NCBI GenBank assembly: GCA_963739335.1
Contig: CAVUAC010000063.1
Coordinates: 36,672 to 100,671, forward strand
Length of the DNA stretch: 64,000 bases
Source: an uncultured Bacteroidota bacterium
GTDB lineage: Bacteria; Bacteroidota; Ignavibacteria; UBA10030
Reading direction: 5' to 3'
The notes under the pieces are model-generated. The model worked only from the letters and a program-made list of their open reading frames with translations, searched no databases and was not told the origin of the DNA. Below are positions 44,853 to 53,874 of the stretch, piece by piece; position 1 is the first letter of the stretch, and each line of letters starts with the position of its first letter. The position numbers and the translations under genes were made by a program.

Positions 44853-45830
44853 CTATGACCCAATCGCCTGGGAAACAGACTGCAATTGACGGCGTCTCGA
44901 ATCAATGGCTGTGGCGATCCGCTTGCCCTGATCCTCAATAAGCCTCTTGGAGCTGATCCCCTTAAGCCTACTCTGCTCGATAGAGTTCAGTCGGTCAACA
45001 GTAGTTGCTTTTTGGATTGCTTCCAACATCGCTACGGCTTCCTTCTCGCCTGTCAAAAAGCCTGACTCATTGAACATCGGCGTCCCGATTGACGCAACAA
45101 CGGTCGCAGCCGGCGCCGGTTGTTGACCTCGGTCGAGCCATTCGAGAATCTGCTTGCCGATCTTCTCGTCCGGTTTGGAAACCAACCTGCCGTCAAAGAG
45201 GCTTGACCGATCTTTCGTGGACTGGGCGTTGTGGTTAAGGTCGAGATCGAACACGATGTCGAACTCATAGTCCATGCCCTCGCGTTGCACGGGGGCAAGT
45301 CCAACCTTCTTCGGGACTGACTTCCCCTTCTCGTTCGTCTCAACAACGTAGTCCATCTTCGAGCGCATCGTTGCGATAAGATGAAGCTTGGAGCGAATCA
45401 TTGCCTCGATGAAAGCGTTGTGCTGGGGTGTGAGTTTGCGCCAGGCCGTGAAACTATTCATGCCGCCATCAGCCATTTTGCCCTGTGTATCGAGCAGGCC
45501 ACCCTCGCCTGCCCAGGCATGAGAGATGCTGTCTAGGATGAGCACATCGTAGGCGGCAGCCTCGGCCTGGTGGATAGCTTTGATGTACTTGTCGATCTCA
45601 AATGGGGGTTCGATGTTGAGAACATCGAAGTCGATGCGGTCGGCATAGAGCACGCTGGAGTTGTTCTCGGTGTCGACGAGGGCGATCCTCTGGCCAAGGC
45701 CAGAGGCAAGTTTGAGTGCCGAGAGGGTTTTCCCGGATCCTGCTGCGCCGCAAAGACCGATGCGGGCTTTCTTGACGATGCGTTGGGCTTTTTGGAAGCC
45801 AGAGAGTTGAGATGATGATGTGGTGTTCAT
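44853..45830 (-). CDS. Phage-type AAA_24 / Sak4-like RecA-fold ATPase
   Basis: KARIGLCGAAGSGKTLSALKLA holds the Walker A motif. It also has VLILDSISHAW and LIATMRSK. Confidence 0.75.
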   Translation of the reverse strand: MNTTSSSQLSGFQKAQRIVKKARIGLCGAAGSGKTLSALKLASGLGQRIALVDTENNSSVLYADRIDFDVLNIEPPFEIDKYIKAIHQAEAAAYDVLILDSISHAWAGEGGLLDTQGKMADGGMNSFTAWRKLTPQHNAFIEAMIRSKLHLIATMRSKMDYVVETNEKGKSVPKKVGLAPVQREGMDYEFDIVFDLDLNHNAQSTKDRSSLFDGRLVSKPDEKIGKQILEWLDRGQQPAPAATVVASIGTPMFNESGFLTGEKEAVAMLEAIQKATTVDRLNSIEQSRLKGISSKRLIEDQGKRIATAIDSRRRQLQSVSQAIGS

Positions 45831-45893
45831 GGTGAATCTCCTTGTACTGGAATGATGGAGTGATGGATTAATGAACAGGTGAGCGTTCCATTT

Positions 45894-46391
45894 CTAGAAC
45901 GTGACCTGCAGAGTTGAGCCTTGAGCAATGAATCGCGCCGGGTGGATGATTTCCCCGGATGCGGTATCGGCGACCTCAGCCGGGAGGTTTTCAAGGAATT
46001 TCTTCCGGGCCTTGAGCTTCTCTTCGATCGCCTTCTTCTGAGATTCGAGGTCGTCGATGATGCTGTCCTGATACTCGTACTTCTTTGGGAGGGATTTGAG
46101 TTGGACCTTCGCGCCGCAGACGTCTGCGCTCGTTCCCGGCATTGAGTTGATTGCCCGGTCTTTGATTCGTCCGAGCGCCTGGTCGAGAATGTCGGCGACA
46201 TTCCGGATGCGGACGTAACCTTCGATGGCTGACTGCTCCTCGAGCAGGGCGTCAGTCAAAGCTCCGGCATAGGTGGCGAATTCAGCCTTTGGAACGACAC
46301 GGTGAAGTACAGTCAAGTGCTCGGACTGGACCGGACCCGCTTCTATGACCTCGGGAAAGAATTCGTCTTGTGGTTGATTGTTTGACTTCAT
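45894..46391 (-). CDS. Phage-like protein, possibly Gp157-type, upstream of the Sak4-like gene
   Basis: ATG 46391 follows AAGGAG. It has a helical/coiled C-terminus. The assignment rests on position only. Confidence 0.45.
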   Translation of the reverse strand: MKSNNQPQDEFFPEVIEAGPVQSEHLTVLHRVVPKAEFATYAGALTDALLEEQSAIEGYVRIRNVADILDQALGRIKDRAINSMPGTSADVCGAKVQLKSLPKKYEYQDSIIDDLESQKKAIEEKLKARKKFLENLPAEVADTASGEIIHPARFIAQGSTLQVTF

Positions 46392-46481
46392 GGTGTTGGT
46401 CTCCTTATTGTGCGTTGCCATGCGCACCCCGGTTGTTAGTGTTTTTGTCATGCTTTTCTTCGGACCCATTCTCTCGGGGGA

Positions 46482-46685
46482 CTAACCACGTAGGCCAGCT
46501 TCGCGCTGCCGTTGTTTTGTGGCTTCAAGCTCGTCCTGGGTTGCCGCTTCCACCCTGTCTGCTTCAATTGAATCCACGGATGAACCGAAGGACACGTACT
46601 GCAGCTTGCCGTCTTCACAGATCCTGTAGAAGTACCCGATGACTCTTCCTGTAGATTTCATTTTGAGTGGTTGAAAGATCTTCAC
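46482..46685 (-). CDS. Hypothetical small protein (67 aa)
   Basis: A GTG start follows GGGAGGA. No domain recognised. Confidence 0.4.
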   Translation of the reverse strand: MKIFQPLKMKSTGRVIGYFYRICEDGKLQYVSFGSSVDSIEADRVEAATQDELEATKQRQREAGLRG

Positions 46686-46734
46686 AATTCCTCCCGACGG
46701 TTTGACGCCGGACGACTACCGCCCCGAAAAAAAG

Positions 46735-46927
46735 AAAGGGAAAAGAAAAAAAGCGGATGTGGGGATGAAAAACGGCAAACCAAAAAGGCAAGGGCGCCGC
46801 GAGCGGTATCAACTTTCAATTTCTTCCCGCTTGCGGCGTTTATATACCCTTGCCTTTTTGCACATCAGCTCAGAAAGAGCCGTTTGCCGTTTTTATATTG
46901 ACCCGCTTTTTTGCTTCTTTTCCCTTT
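46735..46927. repeat. ~190-bp imperfect palindrome built from four matched blocks
   Basis: AAAGGGAAAAGAA..AAAAAGCGG pairs with CCGCTTTTTTGCTTCTTTTCCCTTT. AAAAACGGCAAAC pairs with GTTTGCCGTTTTT. CAAAAAGGCAAGGG pairs with CCCTTGCCTTTTTG. CGCCGCGAGCGG pairs with CCGCTTGCGGCG. Confidence 0.75.
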
Positions 46928-47514
46928 ATGAGAGAGGAGCGATGTATCTTCGTTTTGTTCGAGGGAATTTTCGATTGCCGATTTGCGATTGACGATTTGG
47001 GGGCGGCTGGCGCAGAGAGAGAATGGCGTAGGCAGTTTTTGCGTCGATGAGGTCCGAAGTGGCTGCAAAAACTGTGACAGCCGCCGCTGTTCACAACGTG
47101 TGGCAATTACGCCGAGGACGAAGGAGCGAACGGAGCGGAGTGACTAAAGAGATACCACTCTTATGAATGATTAGAAGGTGGAACGAAGCGGAGTGAGTGA
47201 CAGAGTTGAGGCGTTATTGCTACCGGAAGCTTTTGGCGAGGCGGCATGAAGCGACCCCCGCTATACTGGATTTTAACTTGGCGGGGGCGAAGCCGCACGT
47301 GTCTATGTGCGCTAGGAAATTTCACGTGCGGGCGCTTGATGCCGCCGTGTGGGGGGATAGGATCTTTGCGTGAGTTTCAGGATCGAACGGTTTTAGACCT
47401 ACTACCTGCCAGCAGGCAGGCGTTTTGGGCTGCGGTATAGGTGGAGGTCGGGATACTGTTTGTTCAATCCACTTCTCTTTCCTGACGATCTCTGGCTTGG
47501 CTATTACTTGGCGC

Positions 47515-47546
47515 GAGGCGCCGTCAGGTTGAGCGAGCGGTTAGGT
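47515..47546 (-). repeat. Half attC site (R''-L'' side only) terminating array 2
   Basis: ccGTCAGGTTGAGCgagcGGTTAGGTg matches the high-coordinate halves of the other array-2 sites. No partner GCCTAAC...GCTAAGC was found in 47400-47515. Confidence 0.5.
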
Positions 47547-47557
47547 GACCACACCTA

Positions 47558-48743
47558 TTAGGTTGAAAGATTCTTGCTGATGAAATTGCGATCAATTATC
47601 GAGACTCCGCCGCCAAGAAAATGGACGTTACCGCGTTGAAAATAGGGCACCGAAGGCTTTTTGATGTCGATGACAAACATCACTTTGCGTGGATCGTTGA
47701 GGAAGTGCTCTTCTATGTATGCATTGATTCTTGAGTCGCCAAATCCATATCCAACGACGATTAGGTTGATCGACTCACTCAAGTTGTTGCGAAAGTGTTC
47801 TAGTAAGATCGGGTAGTAAGTTCCATGTTGGGTACTGGCTTACCTTGTGGGTCGTACCGGAAAGGAAATCTGCTACAACGTCTGATGGCCTGTGAGCATA
47901 TTCGAGTTTTCCATTGTTTGAGAGCTGCTTGTGGATTTCATGGGATGAGAGGCCCCAAGGGATCTTCACAAGATCGGATTGATCGCCAAAGCTTGCCCAG
48001 AAATTGTCTATGCTCCCATGAAGCTTATAAAGGCAAAAAGGTTGCTCGTACTTGTTTGTGAACCTGCGAAGCCTGACCATGTAGGTTGCATACTTATCAT
48101 ACTTCTTGGCAAAAATATCTGAACCTAAGTCGTCAAATCCGTCATCCATGCAACCTTGTATTGTGTCAGTAAGAGAGAACTGCTCGAAATAGAGATCATG
48201 GTTGAGTGTGTGAATGTGGACAGTATGATGATTGGCAAAATCCTCAAGCATCAAGAGAAAGTCACTGTATCTTGGGTCGTACGGCTTACACTGATGTACT
48301 CGTTCAATCGGTTTCGTGAGTTGTTGCGCGAGGAGTTGCGAAAATGTGTCATTGAACTGCATCAATATGTGGTGGATGTCTGAGATAACCTTGTTCTGGC
48401 GACGGAAATCAGTCAGGAACTTCAGCAAATGGTGAGAGTACGATTGAGTGCGGTAAGCAGAAATGTAATAGTCGTAGAAGGTCTCATAATGAAACGATTC
48501 GCCCGGTCGGAGCACTTTTGAATTGTAGAATGCAAGGAATTCTTGCACGAAAACCCGCTCTTCGACACCCATCCAGGACGCGTTTGGATCAGGTTGACCA
48601 TTGAGAAACCAAGCTTCACGACTTGTGTGAACGCAAATCTCAGAGGCAACAATTGTGCACAGGCGAAGATTGAGCTTTGAGGTTGTTGGATAGCCCGCAG
48701 GTACTGAGAAGCCTGATCCGATCAGCAAGGATAGTTTCTTCAT
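47558..48743 (-). pseudogene. SIR2_2-family (SIR2-like) cassette protein split by one frameshift
   Basis: The N-terminus is MKKLSLLIGSGFSVPAGYPT. The C-terminal ORF 47558..47782 reads INLIVVGYGFGDSRINAYIEE. The alternate frame reads ..TYYPILLEHFRNNLSESINLIVVGYG and is open only from ~47842. Confidence 0.65.
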
Positions 48744-48762
48744 GTATTTGAGCGGTGTGGTG

Positions 48763-48920
48763 GCCTAACGATGGCGGCTAAGCCGCGGGAACGAAAACTT
48801 TCAAGATAGTTGTACACGAAACAAGTTCCGCGTAGATTATTTCCTAAATTCACTCGACCTATGCAAGCCATGCTAATTGTACCGACACTCCTTCCGTCAG
48901 GTTGAGCGACTGTAACGCCG
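48763..48920 (-). repeat. attC site of array 2
   Basis: Plus strand: GCCTAAC-gatgg-CGGCTAAGCCGC ... GTCAGGTTGAGC-gac-TGTAACGC. Confidence 0.65.
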
Positions 48921-48930
48921 CATCTATTCG

Positions 48931-49383
48931 TCAGCAAAGTGTCTTCCAAATCAATACGAACCAGAAACACAAGGTTGAGGCAGGAAGTAGCCATACAAGT
49001 ACGAATTTGCCGGAGGGGTGTCTGTGCACCGCCTCCATGTAAATCTTATACGTTGGATCGCCGGTCATGAGGCGCTCGTTTAGCGGTTGCATGCGCGCAG
49101 CAAGCCGCTTGCTCATGTAGAACCAACCAAGGGTGTAGATCACGCCTAAGGAAGCGATGGCCATACGGAATGTCTGGGCTGCGTAGCCTTCGTGAGGTAT
49201 CGTAAAAAAGGCGACAACCAACATGGATTGGGCGACAAGGGAGAAATTCTGGCGCGCGTACTGAAGTGTATCTGCGTGCTGCAGATATTTCCAGGTGTGA
49301 TCAAGATCTAGCAAATCAGGACGCTTAGCGTTATTTTGGGGTTTCTTCGACAAGATTCTATTCCTTAATTGAGAGTGCGGCAT
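48931..49383 (-). CDS. Cassette protein: small 2-3 TM membrane protein
   Basis: Hydrophobic segments are FSLVAQSMLVVAFFTI, MAIASLGVIYTLGWFYM and FVLVWLLPASTLCFWFVLIW. Its ATG lies inside the attC core (GTTATGC). Confidence 0.6.
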   Translation of the reverse strand: MPHSQLRNRILSKKPQNNAKRPDLLDLDHTWKYLQHADTLQYARQNFSLVAQSMLVVAFFTIPHEGYAAQTFRMAIASLGVIYTLGWFYMSKRLAARMQPLNERLMTGDPTYKIYMEAVHRHPSGKFVLVWLLPASTLCFWFVLIWKTLC

Positions 49384-49526
49384 AACGGACGGCAGCTAAG
49401 CTGCGGAGTAGACTGTCTCGGACTTCACTGTCCCGAGCGTTGGCTGATGCAAATTCATTCATGTGTGTGGGCATTAGTTTTCACCGACGCTCAGTGCGTC
49501 AGCTTGAGCCGCTGGTTAGGCGGGCC
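49379..49526 (-). repeat. attC site of array 2
   Basis: Plus strand: GGCATAAC-ggacg-GCAGCTAAGCTGC ... GTCAGCTTGAGC-cgct-GGTTAGGC. Confidence 0.75.
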
Positions 49527-50341
49527 TCACTATCGGCCTCGGGCTCTGGTGACTTTGGTTTCGGGACAACCTCGTGAAACAACTTGGCTATTCGAGGATT
49601 TGCGGTGTCAGAGTTCATACGAACAGAATATGTATGACTTTCCCGAAGCACCTCTGTTGAACAGATGAAATCAACCTTTCTGTAGAAGGGGCTTGTCTTA
49701 GAGACAACCTCGTATCTATACCGATACAGGCGTTGAACTGAAAGATATTTGCTCTCAATAATGCGTATGGTAATGCGCTGACCTAGCATTTCTACGCTAC
49801 CGAGCTTGGTCACCTCCTTTGAGCGCTTCCTTCGAACTGTACTAACTGCTAATGGCTTGTTCAGCGGAATCGAGGCAGATTGTTTCGCGAGCTTGTCAAC
49901 GGCTCTGTTGAAGATGTCGGAGGAATGTGCCTTCACCTTTTGGAATTCAACTCTTGCTCTGGTTTGGCGAATTGCCTTTATCAAGTTCTTCCATAGTCGT
50001 GCATTAAGAACCGGTGCTCCAGATTTCTTCAGCCACCTAGTTCGCGGCCATAGAAACATCGCATTCTTGTAGTTTGTGAAAACATAATTGGAGTCTGTGA
50101 GAATTATGATCTTGCGGAATTGCCGTTTCTCCAAATAGGGCCCTGCGTTTTCGAGTGCAACAATGCAAGCGTTGATTTCCATCTCGTTGTTCGTGGCACT
50201 CTTGTAGCCTGGCAAATTCAAAGGCTCGGAGACTTCCTTCCCATTGTGATCTACGTAAACAAAGATAACTCCGATGCCGCCTCTTCGGGGCCTTGACTTA
50301 GAAGATACCATCTGTATAGATGTTGAGCGCCCGTTCGTCAA
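49499..50341 (-). CDS. Cassette protein: RNase HI-like domain plus ~130-aa unknown C-terminal domain
   Basis: It has TNNEMEINACIVALE, IIILTDSNYV and VKAHSSDIFNRAVDKLAK. The first catalytic Asp of the DEDD set is not evident at the N-terminus. The stop lies inside the attC. Confidence 0.65.
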   Translation of the reverse strand: MTNGRSTSIQMVSSKSRPRRGGIGVIFVYVDHNGKEVSEPLNLPGYKSATNNEMEINACIVALENAGPYLEKRQFRKIIILTDSNYVFTNYKNAMFLWPRTRWLKKSGAPVLNARLWKNLIKAIRQTRARVEFQKVKAHSSDIFNRAVDKLAKQSASIPLNKPLAVSTVRRKRSKEVTKLGSVEMLGQRITIRIIESKYLSVQRLYRYRYEVVSKTSPFYRKVDFICSTEVLRESHTYSVRMNSDTANPRIAKLFHEVVPKPKSPEPEADSEARLTSGSS

Positions 50342-50370
50342 TCATTGGAGATATCTGTGATGCCAACTCA

Positions 50371-50508
50371 GGCCCGCCTAACAGCCGGAGCTAAGCTGCA
50401 GCGAGACCAACGTGAGCATTAGGTACTACACGAACCATAGACCTACCCTAGCAATGGAGGCTTGACCGCTGCCCGTTACGTCAGCTTAAGCGACGGCTTA
50501 GGCGGGCA
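50371..50508 (-). repeat. attC site of array 2 (textbook architecture)
   Basis: Plus strand: GCCTAAC-agccg-GAGCTAAGC ... GCTTAAGC-gacgg-CTTAGGC. On the minus sense R' reads GTTAGGC. Confidence 0.8.
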
Positions 50509-50509
50509 C

Positions 50510-51514
50510 TCATTTCAGTTCCCGTTTCACGTGGTACGGAACACGAGGCACGCCGAGATGCAGTCCCTCAGGATAGACAGTGGCAATCTGATTCAGTTGC
50601 CGGCCGTCCGGTCCGAATGCTGTGATCCAAGGCGTCTGAAGGTCTTGGATCATCTTCTTGTCTTGATCGTAGAAGCAGGTGCCCAATGTGACGGCTATTG
50701 AGATGGGGCTTCCGGTCAGCGAACCGCTTGTCAACGTCGCCCCGGAATGGGTCATATCGAAACGGATTGCGAGCTGAGTTGGATTCTCTGTGGCAAAAGG
50801 GGTTACGTGGTGGTCTATGAGTTCATTGGGAGCAATCTGCCAAGCGCTCACGCTTTGGGCGACTTCGGACTTCAGAGACTGGTCCAGAAGTTGGGTAATT
50901 GACTTGATGTCTGGCTTCAATTCGTCATGAGGGATGGAACTGAGGTACGAATCAATGTCGCCAAAGACTGCAAGCAAGAGCTTTTGCGTATGAATCTCGG
51001 CTGACAACTGGGGATGCAGTTCATTCGAAGTCGCCCAGAAGGCTTTGTCGTCCGTGATTAGGACCGCCTCGTTACTGCGTGCCACGTCGACAATGGTCTC
51101 CCAGATAACGCTATCGCGGAACTGCTCCTCGCGATGTGAGGGAGGGACATGTAAGATGACGCGTTGTACGGCTGAATCAAACTTAGAGTGGTCCTTCGGA
51201 CTCTCCAGTATGAGAGGCGAAAGCCTTTGAAGGCGATCCGAAATGGCCTTCACCAGCTCCCCTTCAACGGGCCATTTTATGCCGGGTTTCGTTCCAGTGA
51301 GAGCTTGTAGGGTAACCAATTCCCTCTCGATGCGCTGAATTGTGGTTTGGCACTCGGCGAGGACTCTCTCTTCGACCTCACAGCGAACTATCCAAGGCAA
51401 AAGAATCTGGGATTTGGTGTTCTTGAGGGAGAAAAGGAAGGCGGCGGCCACAGACGAGCGCAGGAGGCGTTCCTTAATCCAAACATTCGCGTCGAGGCAA
51501 ATGAGGCGTTCCAT
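50510..51514 (-). CDS. Cassette protein: N-terminal PIN-like domain plus C-terminal extension
   Basis: It has MERLICLDANVWI and ...VLITDDKAFW (acidic PIN-type residues). It is 334 aa. Confidence 0.6.
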   Translation of the reverse strand: MERLICLDANVWIKERLLRSSVAAAFLFSLKNTKSQILLPWIVRCEVEERVLAECQTTIQRIERELVTLQALTGTKPGIKWPVEGELVKAISDRLQRLSPLILESPKDHSKFDSAVQRVILHVPPSHREEQFRDSVIWETIVDVARSNEAVLITDDKAFWATSNELHPQLSAEIHTQKLLLAVFGDIDSYLSSIPHDELKPDIKSITQLLDQSLKSEVAQSVSAWQIAPNELIDHHVTPFATENPTQLAIRFDMTHSGATLTSGSLTGSPISIAVTLGTCFYDQDKKMIQDLQTPWITAFGPDGRQLNQIATVYPEGLHLGVPRVPYHVKRELK

Positions 51515-51540
51515 GGAATTGTGGATGGGTGATGGTTGAG

Positions 51541-51755
51541 TGCCCGCCTAACGGATGGCCGCTAAGCTGCGGCACTGAAAACATTGAAATTGTACTACAC
51601 GAACCGAGTTCATGCGCTTCACCTTCGGTCTTGTACCTGTACCTATGCTCGCCATGAATTTTGCAGTGCGCTCATCCGGTAAGCTTGCCTGTTTACCCCA
51701 CCTATTCTGTCGGGGCCCCGCTGTTATTTAGCGGGGAGTCGCTGGTTAGGCAGCA
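51541..51755 (-). repeat. attC site of array 2 (long, ~215 bp)
   Basis: Plus strand: GCCTAAC-ggatg-GCCGCTAAGCTGC ... cggggagtcgct-GGTTAGGC. Confidence 0.7.
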
Positions 51756-51763
51756 TTGCCGAG

Positions 51764-52228
51764 CTAGATGTTGCGTTGAATCGAATCAATTACCGCGTTG
51801 TAGTCCGATATTCTTGCTTCTAAGATGCTCTTAGACAATCTGATTGGCTTGCGTCCGGCGTACCAGTTTGGGTGAACCAAGTTCCGAAATTTCCTAATGC
51901 GCTCGGATGCCTGAAAAGCATTATGATCCAACAGCCCATTTTGGTATGCAAGCTCACTGAGGTCTTTCAGAGTCCAGTGCTCACTCAACTTTCTGTGTCG
52001 TGCATATACCACTTCCGGGAATGCCCGTGTCCAAGCAGCAAGCATATATTCCACACCGGCACCTATCAACACGATGGCTGCTAGGTATGCGCTGACATCT
52101 TGACACTTTTTCATCTCCCTTCGACACCGATTGATGAACCGATAGAGAGATTGAGAAGACAGCCTTTTTCGTCTCCGGATTGTCTTCATTGGCAATGCTA
52201 CCTCACGCTCAGCTTCAGCGGGAGCCAC
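51764..52228 (-). CDS. Cassette protein with HEPN-like R-x6-H motif
   Basis: It has a TM/helix AAIVLIGAGVEYMLAAW and then ...ASERIRKFRNLVHPNWY. Confidence 0.55.
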   Translation of the reverse strand: MAPAEAEREVALPMKTIRRRKRLSSQSLYRFINRCRREMKKCQDVSAYLAAIVLIGAGVEYMLAAWTRAFPEVVYARHRKLSEHWTLKDLSELAYQNGLLDHNAFQASERIRKFRNLVHPNWYAGRKPIRLSKSILEARISDYNAVIDSIQRNI

Positions 52229-52261
52229 CGGCGATCCGCTGTAAGCCGTTGTTAGACCTCT

Positions 52262-52786
52262 TTATATTTGCTCCAAGAGCAGAAGTAACTCCTCGAAGGC
52301 ATCAATACCTTCTTGCATAGACTCGAATCTTTTCTTTGTTGTCCTTGACCGAGGTTCATGTTTGAACTTATTCACTCGGCTTCGGGCTCTGTTGATGTTA
52401 CTCAGTGTTTTTCCATAGCTCGTCTCATACCATTCTGAAAGCCACGGATATAAGGGAGGCGGTTTCGTTTTTGCTTTTTGTTCGAAGAGCACTTTCAATG
52501 CGATTTCTGTGAGAGCTACCATTCTAAACATAGCATTATTGAAGTAATAGCCGCTTTCCCACTCCCTATTACCCGCTTTGGAAGAGCCCAAGGACTTGAT
52601 TCCGAGAACTATGCTGTCTTGCTTGCCTTTTGGCAGTCTTGAAAAAGCATCTTCCTTATAGTTCAGCGCATATGCCCTCTTTAGAGATAGATATGTCGAG
52701 ACCAACCACGATCTATCTATTACGTCGGGTAGCTTCGGGACCAACGGAGTCAATCTTTTCCCAATTTGATTTAGTCTCTTCTTCAT
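52262..52786 (-). CDS. Cassette protein with HEPN-like R-x5-H motif
   Basis: It has ...NRARSRVNKFKHEPRS. Only a GTTAGAC core (52249-52255), with no full attC, separates it from the next ORF. Confidence 0.55.
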   Translation of the reverse strand: MKKRLNQIGKRLTPLVPKLPDVIDRSWLVSTYLSLKRAYALNYKEDAFSRLPKGKQDSIVLGIKSLGSSKAGNREWESGYYFNNAMFRMVALTEIALKVLFEQKAKTKPPPLYPWLSEWYETSYGKTLSNINRARSRVNKFKHEPRSRTTKKRFESMQEGIDAFEELLLLLEQI

Positions 52787-52792
52787 TTTGTG

Positions 52793-52866
52793 GTCTAACG
52801 CGGCGCTCAGCCGCCGGCGAAGCCGGTCGGCTGTAGCGGCTTGTTGGGCGCTAGAGACGACAGCCG
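52793..52866 (-). repeat. Short (~74 bp) attC site of array 2
   Basis: GTCTAAC-gcggcgctcaGCCGCCGGC-gaa-GCCGGTCGGC...gggcgc-TAGAGAC. The stop of the upstream cassette (52807) lies inside it. Confidence 0.6.
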
Positions 52867-53874
52867 ATCGAACACACGCCCGTTCGACGAGAACGGTACA
52901 CCAAGACGGTGCCTCAGCAATTCGGCGGCGACGTCCTCAAGCAAGTCTGTTCGCGCTGCCAGGTCATCTGGCGCATCGAGCGCCTCGTGCACGATTCTTC
53001 CTCGAACGTCGTACAGGTGCTTAATCTCCAACACACGCTCGACATCTGCCTTACGAAGCTGAGACCGATGCGAGGTCTGATTCCAATGCGACGTCAGAGC
53101 TTCAGCAACCCTGCCAACTTTGCCGCCTTTCGCTTTCACGAACAGGGTGGCGAATTCACAGCACTCCCAGAGGTCGCAGTACCTGTCGATCGGATCCGTC
53201 TCTGTCTGCGAAGTTACGTAACGGCGAGCCGCAACGCTGACAGCTTGCGCCGAGTCTCTGTCTAGTTCCGCACGGATGCGCACGAAGCGGTCGATGGCCT
53301 GCTTTACGGAATCCATCACTATTTCGGGCCGTTGTCGCACGGCGATAACAACGGCGTCATCAAGCTGTGATCCGTGGTCAGCGAGGGCTCGTACTTGAAG
53401 GGGCGCGACAGGCACGAGGAACTCTGCGGCGGAGAGATTGATCAGCGCAAGGACCGATATACAGATTGGCGACGCTACCCGCGCTAGCTCCTCAGCTGAC
53501 GCGGAATGCGTTAGGCCAATGTGGAGCTGGATGTCGATCTCCCCTTCATACGGTTCTTCATAGTGCAGGCTAAGGGGCAGCTCATCTTCTGGAGCCTTGA
53601 GGTAATGCATTCCCATCCAATAACCAGTCTCCATTCGACCCCGCCAGAGGATTGGACCGGCCTTCTCGAGAGGCCTGGCGGCTATGGCCTCTGGGCGATC
53701 CCGCTTCGCGTAAGTCGCGACGTGGATACTCAGCAGTAACCTGCTGCCATCGGGCAGCGGCAATGGTTCTTCATACGCGGGGAGGACACAGCGGCTCCGC
53801 TCCGGCCACACGCCCCAAGTCCGACACCTGAGTATGGCGACGTACTTGTGAGTGAACTCCTCGGTTGAGGTCAT
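52807..53874 (-). CDS. Cassette protein (355 aa), C-terminal R-x4-H (HEPN-like) region
   Basis: Long ORF with ...KHLYDVRGRIVHEALDAPDD. No other domain recognised. Confidence 0.55.
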   Translation of the reverse strand: MTSTEEFTHKYVAILRCRTWGVWPERSRCVLPAYEEPLPLPDGSRLLLSIHVATYAKRDRPEAIAARPLEKAGPILWRGRMETGYWMGMHYLKAPEDELPLSLHYEEPYEGEIDIQLHIGLTHSASAEELARVASPICISVLALINLSAAEFLVPVAPLQVRALADHGSQLDDAVVIAVRQRPEIVMDSVKQAIDRFVRIRAELDRDSAQAVSVAARRYVTSQTETDPIDRYCDLWECCEFATLFVKAKGGKVGRVAEALTSHWNQTSHRSQLRKADVERVLEIKHLYDVRGRIVHEALDAPDDLAARTDLLEDVAAELLRHRLGVPFSSNGRVFDRLSSLAPNKPLQPTGFAGG

